Source: Armatimonadota bacterium (GTDB taxonomy: Bacteria > Armatimonadota > Fimbriimonadia > Fimbriimonadales > Fimbriimonadaceae). From it: a stretch of 64,000 bases of DNA. Below are positions 9,804 through 17,614 of the stretch, piece after piece (the stretch's first letter is position 1; each line of letters opens with the position of its first letter). The notes beneath the pieces are model-generated. The model was not told the origin of the DNA, did no database searches, and worked only from the letters and a program-made list of their open reading frames with translations. Location of the stretch: NCBI GenBank assembly GCA_031386985.1, contig JANNCV010000005.1, positions 2,049 to 66,048 on the forward strand, given 5' to 3'. The position numbers and the translations under genes are program-made.

Positions 9804-9879
9804 GGGCCTGTAGCTCAGTGGTTAGAGCGGGCGGCTCATAACTGCTTGGTCGTGGGTTCGATCCCCACTGGGCCCACCA
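9804..9879 (+). tRNA. tRNA-Met (anticodon CAT), elongator type; a lysidine-modified tRNA-Ile2 is not excluded
   Basis: Hand-folded cloverleaf: acceptor GGGCCTG/TGGGCCC, D-arm GCTC-AGTGGTTA-GAGC, anticodon loop CT-CAT-AA, T-arm GTGGG-TTCGATC-CCCAC, encoded CCA. G1:C72 is paired, so it is not an initiator. Confidence 0.9.
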
Positions 9880-9917
9880 AATCCTCCTTTCGCCAACCCC
9901 TCTTGAAGCAAACCAAA

Positions 9918-12056
9918 ATGAAAGTTCTCGTCATAGGATCAGGCCCGATTGTGATCGGACAAGCGGCGGAGTTTGATTACGCGGGAACTCAGGCCTGCAA
10001 GAGCCTTAAGGAAGAGGGCCACCAGGTGGTTCTTATAAACAGCAATCCCGCTACGATCATGACTGATCCGGGCGTTGCCGACTTTCTTTACATTGAGCCT
10101 CTAAACGTTGACTTTTGCGAACGAGTGATCGCTCGCGAACGACCCGACGCGCTCTTGCCAACCCTGGGCGGCCAAACGGGGCTCAACCTCTCAATCCAAC
10201 TCGTAGATGCCGGGATATTGGATAAGTACAACGTCAAGATGCTCGGAACGCCGATCAGCGCGATCAAGAAAGCCGAAGACCGAGAGCAGTTCCGCGAGCT
10301 GATGCGCGAGATCAAAGAGCCGGTGCCAGAGAGTTGGATCGTGGAAACCCCGGAGCAACTTGAGGCGCTATTAGAAACCGCGCCTTACCCCTGCATCATC
10401 CGCCCGGCTTACACGCTGGGAGGAACGGGCGGAGGCATCGCCAACACCCGCGAAGAGCTTTGGTCAATCGGCAATAACGGCCTAAAACTCTCGCTGAAGA
10501 GCCAGATTATGGTCGAGCGGAGCTTGCTGGGCTGGAAGGAAGTGGAGTACGAGGTGATGAGAGACAAGAAAGGTACGTGCATCACGATCTGCAACATGGA
10601 GAACTTCGATCCTATGGGGGTTCACACCGGCGACTCTATCGTGGTCGCCCCTTCGCAGACGCTCAGCGACGTGGAGTATCACATGCTCCGAACCGCATCG
10701 CTCAAGATCATTCAGGCACTCGGGATTGAGGGAGGCTGCAATGTCCAGCTCGCTGTGAATCCCGATAGCTTTGATTATTACGTCATCGAAGTGAACCCGC
10801 GCGTCTCCCGCTCGTCGGCTCTTGCCTCAAAAGCTACCGGCTATCCTATCGCCCGCGTTTCGGCCAAGATTGCCATTGGTAAGACCCTAGATGAAATTGA
10901 CAATCAGGTTACAGGCACCACGAAAGCCTGCTTTGAACCAGCGCTTGACTATTGCGTGGTAAAGATTCCTCGCTGGCCATTCGACAAGTTCTCGTCAGGT
11001 GATCGAACTTTGTTTACGCAAATGAAGGCGACTGGGGAGGTCATGGCGATTGATCGAAGCTTTGAAGGCGCTTTGATGAAGGCGATTCGGGGCTTGGAGG
11101 TAAAGCAGAAAGATCTCTGGCACGAAAAGTTCGCGGGCCCCCGTAGCATAGGCTTCCAGCCTATTCCGGAGGGAACCGGAATCACCAAGAAAATCGGCAA
11201 TCATCTACCCCATTGGACCAAGGAAGGGGCAATCTATGCGATTACTTATCGTTTGGCTGATTCGGTTCCGGCAGAAAAACTCAACGAATGGAAGTTCGAA
11301 AGAGATCGGATTACCAACCTTGAAGAGGAGCGCGGAGTTAAGGCTGAGACCGAGGAAGCGAAACGGATTTTCTCCGAAGCAATGGAGCGCTATTTAGACT
11401 CTGGACACGGCTCTTGTGTCCTGAGGCAGCCGGAGATAGCCAAAACCGTGATCGCAGCCTGGAAGCACTTTGATGGGCAACACTATCATGTTCACGCGCA
11501 TTGTGTTATGCCAAATCACGTGCACCTCGTTGTTGAACCGGTAAATGAACACAATTTGAGCTCAATTTTGCATAGTTGGAAGTCGTTCACTTCTAACCAG
11601 ATTAATAAGATCACAGGAAACTCTGGAACGCTTTGGCAAACTGAATCTTATGATCGAATCATCCGAAATGAAGCAGAGTATTCGAGACAGGTGGAATACG
11701 TTTTGAATAATCCGGGGCAGGCCGGACTCAACGATTGGTCATGGGTCGGAGGTAGCTTTAACAGGCTGGAAGCCTGTTCTACGGACGCTTTGCGTCAAGC
11801 CATCAAGATCCCAACCGATGAGCGGCTTTGGGCGATTGCCGAGGGGTTGAGAAGGGGCTGGGGCGTGGATGAGGTGTACAAATTGTGCCGTGTTGACAAG
11901 TGGTTCCTGCGCAAAATTCTCAAGCTAGTCCATGAAGAACCCGTCTTCGAAGTTCAAGGCTATAAGATGGTTGATACGTGTGCCGGCGAGTTTGAGTCGA
12001 AAACTCCTTACTATTATTCAACCACCGAGCAAGAAAGCGACGTAGCTATTCATTAG
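9918..12056 (+). CDS. carB: carbamoyl-phosphate synthase large subunit, N-terminal half (split carB), interrupted in-frame by a RAYT-type transposase domain
   Basis: '[28 protein letters not shown]...' through '[28 protein letters not shown]' is the CarB carboxyphosphate ATP-grasp domain. After about 215 foreign codons the frame returns to CarB oligomerisation-domain residues '[17 protein letters not shown]...WFLRKI...[20 protein letters not shown]', then stops at the domain boundary. The ORF-track start at 9846 overlaps the tRNA, so the ATG at 9918 is used. Confidence 0.85.
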   Translation: MKVLVIGSGPIVIGQAAEFDYAGTQACKSLKEEGHQVVLINSNPATIMTDPGVADFLYIEPLNVDFCERVIARERPDALLPTLGGQTGLNLSIQLVDAGILDKYNVKMLGTPISAIKKAEDREQFRELMREIKEPVPESWIVETPEQLEALLETAPYPCIIRPAYTLGGTGGGIANTREELWSIGNNGLKLSLKSQIMVERSLLGWKEVEYEVMRDKKGTCITICNMENFDPMGVHTGDSIVVAPSQTLSDVEYHMLRTASLKIIQALGIEGGCNVQLAVNPDSFDYYVIEVNPRVSRSSALASKATGYPIARVSAKIAIGKTLDEIDNQVTGTTKACFEPALDYCVVKIPRWPFDKFSSGDRTLFTQMKATGEVMAIDRSFEGALMKAIRGLEVKQKDLWHEKFAGPRSIGFQPIPEGTGITKKIGNHLPHWTKEGAIYAITYRLADSVPAEKLNEWKFERDRITNLEEERGVKAETEEAKRIFSEAMERYLDSGHGSCVLRQPEIAKTVIAAWKHFDGQHYHVHAHCVMPNHVHLVVEPVNEHNLSSILHSWKSFTSNQINKITGNSGTLWQTESYDRIIRNEAEYSRQVEYVLNNPGQAGLNDWSWVGGSFNRLEACSTDALRQAIKIPTDERLWAIAEGLRRGWGVDEVYKLCRVDKWFLRKILKLVHEEPVFEVQGYKMVDTCAGEFESKTPYYYSTTEQESDVAIH
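11143..11182 (+). repeat. left REP-like hairpin (GTAG + ATAGGCT-TCC-AGCCTAT) abutting a second hairpin ATTCCGG-AGGGAA-CCGGAAT
   Basis: Two perfect 7-bp stems were read directly from the sequence. The GTAG tetranucleotide lies 2 nt 5' of the first stem. Confidence 0.8.
11761..11782 (-). repeat. right REP-like hairpin (ACAGGCT-GGA-AGCCTGT + TC + CTAC), inverted copy of the left one
   Basis: It has a perfect 7-bp stem. Its reverse complement GTAGAACAGGCTTCCAGCCTGT matches the left repeat, with a compensatory stem change. Confidence 0.8.
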
Positions 12057-12062
12057 GTTTCA

Positions 12063-13676
12063 ATGTCAGAATCTATCCCGATGCGTTTCTGGGTCGCGTT
12101 TTTCGTTTGTGTTCTTCTGGTGGGATGCTCAGGAGAGAAATTTAAGGCACCAGTCTCGAAGGCGAGCGTTCTTCGCTACGCCATTCCCAATAAGCCAACT
12201 ACTCTGGACCCTGGCGTGGTGCAAGATAGCGACACGATTGAGGTTCTTCAGCAGGTGTTCGAGGGATTGGTGGGGTGGGGCGAGAACAACGAGCCGGTAG
12301 GACTCTTGGCGGAAAGTTGGGAGTATGAGCAAAACGGAAAGGTGATCGTTTTTCATCTAAAGAAGGGCGTGAAGTTTCATAATGGAAGGGAAGTAAAGGC
12401 CCAAGACTTCAAATGGAGTTGGGAACGCGTGTGCTCGGCTGATTTGAAGTCAACCGCATCGAGCTATATGACCGACATCGTCGGGGCGCAAGCCTTGATT
12501 GATGGAAAAGCCAAGGAGATTTCGGGTGTGAAAGTCCTTGACGATTACACGCTGAGCGTTGAACTCCTCATCCCCAAACCCTACTTTCTCGGCAAAATGG
12601 TTTATGTTGCCTTCGCCGCCGTCGCAAAGGAGGCCCAAGACGGGCTCACCGAAATGAAGGGTGTCGCCAATATGGTCGGAACGGGTCCCTTCAAAGCGGA
12701 GCGTTATGAAACCGAACAACTCATGGTCCTGGCCGCAAATGACGATTATCACGGCGGAAGACCAAAGCTCGACAAAATCGAAAGGCCCGTCGTCTTGGAT
12801 GCTCAAACCCGGCTCAACAAATACAAGAACGGAGAGCTTGATGTGTGCTTGGTCCAGCGGGCCGACGTAGATGGCATCATGAAAGATTCCGAGCTGAATG
12901 CCGAGTTGACCTTCATGGAACTCCCCTCCGTTTTCTTTATCGGATTCAACAGCTCCGGCATCTATCCTCCGTTCAAGGATCGCCGGGTTCGACGCGCGTT
13001 CGCAATGGCGATTGATCGGAGCCGAATCGTGAACACCTTTATGAAAGGGATTAACACTGAAGCCCACGGAATTATTCCTCCCGGAGTGTCGGGGCATCGC
13101 GAACAGGCCAAGGACCTGCCTTATGATCCTGAAGCCGCGCGCAAACTCCTCGCTGAGGCGGGATTCCCTGGGGGCAAAGGGCTCCCGCCACTGGAGCTGA
13201 GATACCGGGAAGGCTATCGAGATATCAGCCTTGTCGCCGAAGCCGCCTGCAATGACCTGGCCAAGAACTTAGGGGCACCCGTGAAAGCACAAAGCAAGGA
13301 ATGGAAGGCTTTGCTCGATTTCTACAATCGGGGTCAAAACGCCTTCTTTCATATGCGTTGGAAGGGTGACTACCTCGACCCGCAGAACTTCATTAGCCAT
13401 ATGCATGCGAGCTTTGGACCGGAGAATCACAGCGGCTATGTGAACGCAAAACTTGATAAACTGTGTAAAGAGGCGGACGCCATCACGGATCAAAACAAAC
13501 GAATCAAGCTTTACCAAGAAGCCGAAGACCTGGCCCTGCAAGATGCCACATGGATTCCTGTTTACTTTCAGCGCGATGCCGTCTTAACCCGACCCGGAGT
13601 TCAAGGAATTCGAACTAATTTGTTCGGATTCTTGCCTCATACAACCACAACTGCAACCGCGCCGAAAGCCCCATGA
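12063..13676 (+). CDS. ABC transporter substrate-binding lipoprotein, family 5 (peptide/nickel, OppA/DppA-like)
   Basis: It has a lipobox 'LLVGCSG' and family-5 SBP blocks 'TLDPGVVQDSDTIEVLQQVFEGLV' and 'KFHNGREVKAQDFKWSWER'. Confidence 0.85.
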   Translation: MSESIPMRFWVAFFVCVLLVGCSGEKFKAPVSKASVLRYAIPNKPTTLDPGVVQDSDTIEVLQQVFEGLVGWGENNEPVGLLAESWEYEQNGKVIVFHLKKGVKFHNGREVKAQDFKWSWERVCSADLKSTASSYMTDIVGAQALIDGKAKEISGVKVLDDYTLSVELLIPKPYFLGKMVYVAFAAVAKEAQDGLTEMKGVANMVGTGPFKAERYETEQLMVLAANDDYHGGRPKLDKIERPVVLDAQTRLNKYKNGELDVCLVQRADVDGIMKDSELNAELTFMELPSVFFIGFNSSGIYPPFKDRRVRRAFAMAIDRSRIVNTFMKGINTEAHGIIPPGVSGHREQAKDLPYDPEAARKLLAEAGFPGGKGLPPLELRYREGYRDISLVAEAACNDLAKNLGAPVKAQSKEWKALLDFYNRGQNAFFHMRWKGDYLDPQNFISHMHASFGPENHSGYVNAKLDKLCKEADAITDQNKRIKLYQEAEDLALQDATWIPVYFQRDAVLTRPGVQGIRTNLFGFLPHTTTTATAPKAP

Positions 13677-13716
13677 AACTAGAAAGGCCCCCGGCTATGT
13701 TAAACTTACAAGAACT

Positions 13717-15324
13717 ATGAAGCACTCGCTTTATCTCATCGTTGCGATTTCTGCCCTATTGTCTGCCGGATGTGGAGACAGCGGGTTCAAAAAGACCGAT
13801 CCAGAAGCCAAAAAGGCCAACGTTCTACGCTATCCAATACCGAATAAGCCCACGACGCTTGACCCGGGTGTTGTGCAAGATGGCGACACGATTGATGCGC
13901 TTCAACAAGTTTTTGAGGGCTTAGTGGGTTGGAATGAGCAAAATGAACCGACCGGGCTTCTTGCTGAAAAATGGGACTTTGAGAAAGACGGAAAGGTCAT
14001 CGTGTTTCATATCAAGAAGGGCGTGAAATTCCACAACGGGCGCGAGCTTAAGGCCGAGGACATCAAATGGAGTTGGGAGCGAGTTTGTAGCCCCGAACTT
14101 AGATCAACCAATGGAACCGGTTACATGACCGATATCATGGGCGTTCAGGAGGTTCTGGATAGCAAGGGCAAGATCACCGATATCTCCGGGATTAAGGTTG
14201 TTGATGACTATACGCTCAGTGTTGAGCTTACGGCTCCTCGACCCTATTTCCTTGGCAAACTAACTTATCTTGCTTTTTCAGCAGTTGCGAAGGAAGCACA
14301 AGATGGCTTGAAAGAAATGGCAACGGTTGAGCACATGATCGGCACCGGCCCATTTAAGGCCGAGCGTTACGTTCCCGAACAGTTGCTGACAATGGTTGCG
14401 AACAAGGATTACCACGGCGGAGCTCCCATGCTTGACAAAATTGAGCGCGCCGTTGTGCTCGATCCCCAAACTCGCTTAAACAAGTTCAAAAACGGGGAGG
14501 CTGAGCTTTGCTTAGTTCAGCGAGCCGACGTTGAGAGTATTGAAAAGGACGCCAACCTCAAGCCGCAGCTTAAATTCCTTGATCGGCCCTCAATTTTCTA
14601 TGTGGCGATGAACTGCTCTGGTAGCTACCCGCCCTTTAAGGATGTGCGCGTTCGCCGGGCGTTTGCGATGGCGATTGACCGCAAGAAAATTGTAGAGGTT
14701 TACATGAAGGGGGTCAACAAGCAGGCGCATAGCATCGTTCCTCCCGGAGTCTTTGGTAGTCGAGAGATGGCAAACGAAATCCCCTATAACCCGGAAGAGG
14801 CCAAAAAGCTTTTAGCTCAAGCCGGCTATCCGGACGGTAAAGGGATGCCCGAACTGGAGATTCGGTATCGGGAAAGCTATCGGGATATCAGTTTGGTCGC
14901 CGAAGCCGTTTCCAACGATATCGCCAAGAACCTCGGCGTGAAAGTGAACAATCAAGCCAAGGAATGGAAGGCGTATCTCGACCTTTACAACAAGGGCGAA
15001 AATCGCTTCTATCATATGCGCTGGGCGGCGGATTATCTGGATCCTCAGAATTTCATCAGCCACATGCTGGCAACTTACGGGCCTGAAAACCACACCGGGT
15101 ATTCGAATCCGATTTTCGACAAGCTTTGCAAAGAGGCGGACTCGATAATGGATCCGGCTAAACGGGCAGCCCTCTACCAGCAGGCCGAAGATATCGTTTT
15201 GCAGGATGCGATTTGGGTTCCAGTTTACTTCCAGCGCGATGCGGAGTTGCAGAGTCCAAGAGTGAAGGGAATGCGAGAGAGCCTCTTTGGCCATCTCCCT
15301 CACACCAAAACCACCTTAAACTGA
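13717..15324 (+). CDS. ABC transporter substrate-binding lipoprotein, family 5 (tandem paralog)
   Basis: It is collinear and highly similar to 12063..13676, with lipobox 'LLSAGCG'. Confidence 0.85.
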   Translation: MKHSLYLIVAISALLSAGCGDSGFKKTDPEAKKANVLRYPIPNKPTTLDPGVVQDGDTIDALQQVFEGLVGWNEQNEPTGLLAEKWDFEKDGKVIVFHIKKGVKFHNGRELKAEDIKWSWERVCSPELRSTNGTGYMTDIMGVQEVLDSKGKITDISGIKVVDDYTLSVELTAPRPYFLGKLTYLAFSAVAKEAQDGLKEMATVEHMIGTGPFKAERYVPEQLLTMVANKDYHGGAPMLDKIERAVVLDPQTRLNKFKNGEAELCLVQRADVESIEKDANLKPQLKFLDRPSIFYVAMNCSGSYPPFKDVRVRRAFAMAIDRKKIVEVYMKGVNKQAHSIVPPGVFGSREMANEIPYNPEEAKKLLAQAGYPDGKGMPELEIRYRESYRDISLVAEAVSNDIAKNLGVKVNNQAKEWKAYLDLYNKGENRFYHMRWAADYLDPQNFISHMLATYGPENHTGYSNPIFDKLCKEADSIMDPAKRAALYQQAEDIVLQDAIWVPVYFQRDAELQSPRVKGMRESLFGHLPHTKTTLN

Positions 15325-16031
15325 TGCCGATTCAACCGCCGCGATCTGCTTGTCCGTTCCATTCTCACGGGGGTGGGATCAGCCTTGTCGAAATCCCGGG
15401 CATCGTGCGATGTGCGGATCGAGCGAAGTTGCGCCAAGCGATTGACCAACTCGTGGCCGCGATTCAGAGAACGGAAGACCTCGAAGAAGCCAAGGGCGAG
15501 GCGCTCACGTTCGTTGCGGTTGTTACTGCTGCGACCTTGGAGTTGGGAGCCGACCGTTCCATGCATCGAGTGCAGCTTGAAGCCGCGCGGAGCCTGGATA
15601 AACTGGAAAGCCAAGCGGCCATCGCACAGGAAGCAAAAGCCATCTGCGAACGGGTCGCCGCCTCGCTCTTTGCCCCGACCGCCAATCCCACCCAGTTGCT
15701 CATTGATCGTGCTTTAGAGATTCTGGATCGTCGGTACAGTGAAGACCTAACCGACTCAGTTATGGCGGGGTGGATTGGGCTCAGCACCTCGCATTTTCGG
15801 CACTTGTTCCGGGAAGTGACGGGCCAGCCTTTCTCGAAGTTTCTGGTCGCTCTGCGATTAGAAAAGGCTAAGAAGATGCTTATTGAAAGCAGTTCGCTTT
15901 CTGTTGGTGACGTCGCATTGGCGTGCGGATTTGCCGGAACTTCCCACTTCACGCGTTCATTTACGAGCCGATTTTCGGCCAACCCGTCCACACTTCGTGG
16001 GAGTCATTTAGCCGTTCAGGGTAACCGCTAG
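15324..16031 (+). CDS. AraC family transcriptional regulator
   Basis: The C-terminal double HTH is 'LSTSHFRHLFREVTGQPFSKFLVALRLEKAKKML...VGDVALACGFAGTSHFTRSFTSRF'. The ATG at 15324 overlaps the upstream TGA (ATGA). Confidence 0.8.
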   Translation: MPIQPPRSACPFHSHGGGISLVEIPGIVRCADRAKLRQAIDQLVAAIQRTEDLEEAKGEALTFVAVVTAATLELGADRSMHRVQLEAARSLDKLESQAAIAQEAKAICERVAASLFAPTANPTQLLIDRALEILDRRYSEDLTDSVMAGWIGLSTSHFRHLFREVTGQPFSKFLVALRLEKAKKMLIESSSLSVGDVALACGFAGTSHFTRSFTSRFSANPSTLRGSHLAVQGNR

Positions 16032-16033
16032 CC

Positions 16034-16762
16034 ATGGTCGAAGTTCGCGATCTCACCGTAACGTTCGGTGCGCGAACAGTGCTACACGAAATTTCGCTTA
16101 ACGTCGCGGAGGGGGAAGTGGTTGCGATCATGGGGAGTAGCGGAGGCGGCAAAACCACGCTTCTTAAGTGCATTGCCGGGCTCCTGAACCCAACATCGGG
16201 TAGCGTTTATGTCGCGGGGATTGATGTCAGACAGGCACCTGAGGAAGCTCGTCTGCACATGGGATTGGTCTTCCAATCGGCGGCGTTGTTTGATTTCATG
16301 ACCGTTTCCGACAACATTCTATTCGGAGTTCGTCGTCGGCGAAAACTAACCAAGGTAGATGCAGAGAGAGTCGTGCGTGAGTCGCTCGATAGCGTTGGAC
16401 TAGGCGATATTGGTCACCAGTTCCCCGCAGAACTAAGCGGCGGCATGCGAAAACGCGTCGGAATCGCCCGAGCCCTTGCTCTAGAGCCCAAAGTCATTCT
16501 TTACGATGAACCGACAACGGGCCTGGACCCCATCACCGCTTACACAATAGACGCTGAGATCGCGGAGCTACGGCGCGAACTCGGTGTGACGTCGCTGGTT
16601 GTTACACATGACGTAACCGGTGTTTTTCGTTTGGCCGATCGTGTTGCGTTCTTGGAAGCAGGTGAGCTTGCTTTCCTGGGCACTCCCAGCGCATTTGAGA
16701 CCAACGATCATGAGGCCATCAAAGAGCTCCTCTACAAGGCTCATGCGCGCTCTGTAACCTAA
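16034..16762 (+). CDS. ABC transporter ATP-binding protein (MlaF/Mkl-like)
   Basis: Walker A is 'GSSGGGKTT', the signature is 'LSGGMRKRVGIARAL' and Walker B is 'ILYDEPTTGLD'. The overall layout resembles MlaF. Confidence 0.85.
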   Translation: MVEVRDLTVTFGARTVLHEISLNVAEGEVVAIMGSSGGGKTTLLKCIAGLLNPTSGSVYVAGIDVRQAPEEARLHMGLVFQSAALFDFMTVSDNILFGVRRRRKLTKVDAERVVRESLDSVGLGDIGHQFPAELSGGMRKRVGIARALALEPKVILYDEPTTGLDPITAYTIDAEIAELRRELGVTSLVVTHDVTGVFRLADRVAFLEAGELAFLGTPSAFETNDHEAIKELLYKAHARSVT

Positions 16763-16846
16763 ACATTTTACAAACCTGGTGATCTTTTTCACCCGATATA
16801 CGTATATCTTTGTGTATTGTCGCTTGAAGGAGACAAGGAAGCAAAA

Positions 16847-17386
16847 ATGAAAAAGATTTTAACCATTATGATTTCGACCGCTTTGGTAGCGGGTGTAACA
16901 ACGGCGATGGCTCAGACAGCTGGCCCGAAGACGGGTCAGGGCGCCAAGGCGGGCCAAGCTAAGCCTGGTCAAGGTGGCGGAATGCGCCGTATGGGCGGCG
17001 GCGGCACCGGAATGCTACTGCGCGAAGAGAATGCCAAGAAGCTTGGCCTCACCGAAGCTCAGAAAGCAAAGATCAAGGCGATTGGCGAGGAAACTCAAAA
17101 GGCGCTTAAGCCCTACATGCCCGATCGCGAGAAGCTGAAGGGCATGAGCCGCGAAGACATGATGGCTGCGTTTCAGAAAATGCAAGCCAAAACAAAGCCA
17201 ATCACCGATGCGGCAATGAAGAAGATCGACGCTGTCTTAACGCCCGCTCAGCAAAAGCAAGTTGCTGAAATGCGCAAAGCAATGGAAGCACAGCGAGGCA
17301 AGGGCGGCTTTGGCGGTCCCGGCGGAGCAGCGGGCAAGGGCGGAGCTGCTGGTAAGGGCGGCAAAGGCGGGAAAGGCGGTCTGTAA
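16847..17386 (+). CDS. secreted Spy/CpxP-like (LTxxQ repeat) protein with Gly/Lys-rich tail
   Basis: It has a signal peptide 'MKKILTIMISTALVAGVTTAMAQ', 'LGLTEAQKAKIKAI' and 'LTPAQQKQVAEMRKA' motifs, and an SD aaggaag upstream of the ATG at 16847. Confidence 0.7.
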   Translation: MKKILTIMISTALVAGVTTAMAQTAGPKTGQGAKAGQAKPGQGGGMRRMGGGGTGMLLREENAKKLGLTEAQKAKIKAIGEETQKALKPYMPDREKLKGMSREDMMAAFQKMQAKTKPITDAAMKKIDAVLTPAQQKQVAEMRKAMEAQRGKGGFGGPGGAAGKGGAAGKGGKGGKGGL

Positions 17387-17406
17387 CCTCTTAGCCTGAG
17401 AGAAAG

Positions 17407-17440
17407 GAAAGCCCAGAACCGTCGACGGTTCTGGGCTTTC
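17407..17440. terminator. bidirectional rho-independent terminator-like hairpin
   Basis: GAAAGCCCAGAACCG-TCGA-CGGTTCTGGGCTTTC is a perfect 15-bp stem followed by TTGT. It lies between convergent genes. Confidence 0.7.
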
Positions 17441-17614
17441 TTGTGCGTGCTCATAGCTAGGGTTGAGCCAAGCGACACCTAGGGAGTGTTCCGACCTTGC
17501 GACTGAAAGGCGGACCACAACTGTAAGTGCAACCCTGAAAACAGGAACCTCGGGCTTAATGTATCCTTTTAAAGACCGGTCCCACAAGTCCAACCCGTCC
17601 AACTTCCAGACGGG

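Larger units (their letters stand above)
11141..11784 (+). mobile_element. REPtron-like unit: RAYT (REP-associated HUH/Y1 tyrosine transposase, IS200/IS605 TnpA superfamily) flanked by inverted GTAG-hairpin repeats, embedded in carB
   Basis: Protein motifs are '[23 protein letters not shown]', the HUH motif '[10 protein letters not shown]' and the catalytic Tyr motif 'VEYVLNNP'. The flanking inverted repeats are CCGTAGCATAGGCTTCCAGCCTAT (11141-11164) and ACAGGCTGGAAGCCTGTTCTACGG (11761-11784). Confidence 0.8.

Noticed and set aside
9846-9917. This is the N-terminal extension of the carB ORF as given in the ORF track.
   Set aside because: It overlaps the 3' half of tRNA-Met. The canonical CarB N-terminus '[15 protein letters not shown]' starts at the ATG at 9918.
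17441-17614. This is a 170-nt gene-free stretch with several stems. I considered whether it is an ncRNA (SRP, 6S or a riboswitch).
   Set aside because: I could not match any conserved ncRNA motif by eye on either strand. A covariance-model scan (Rfam/Infernal) would be needed.
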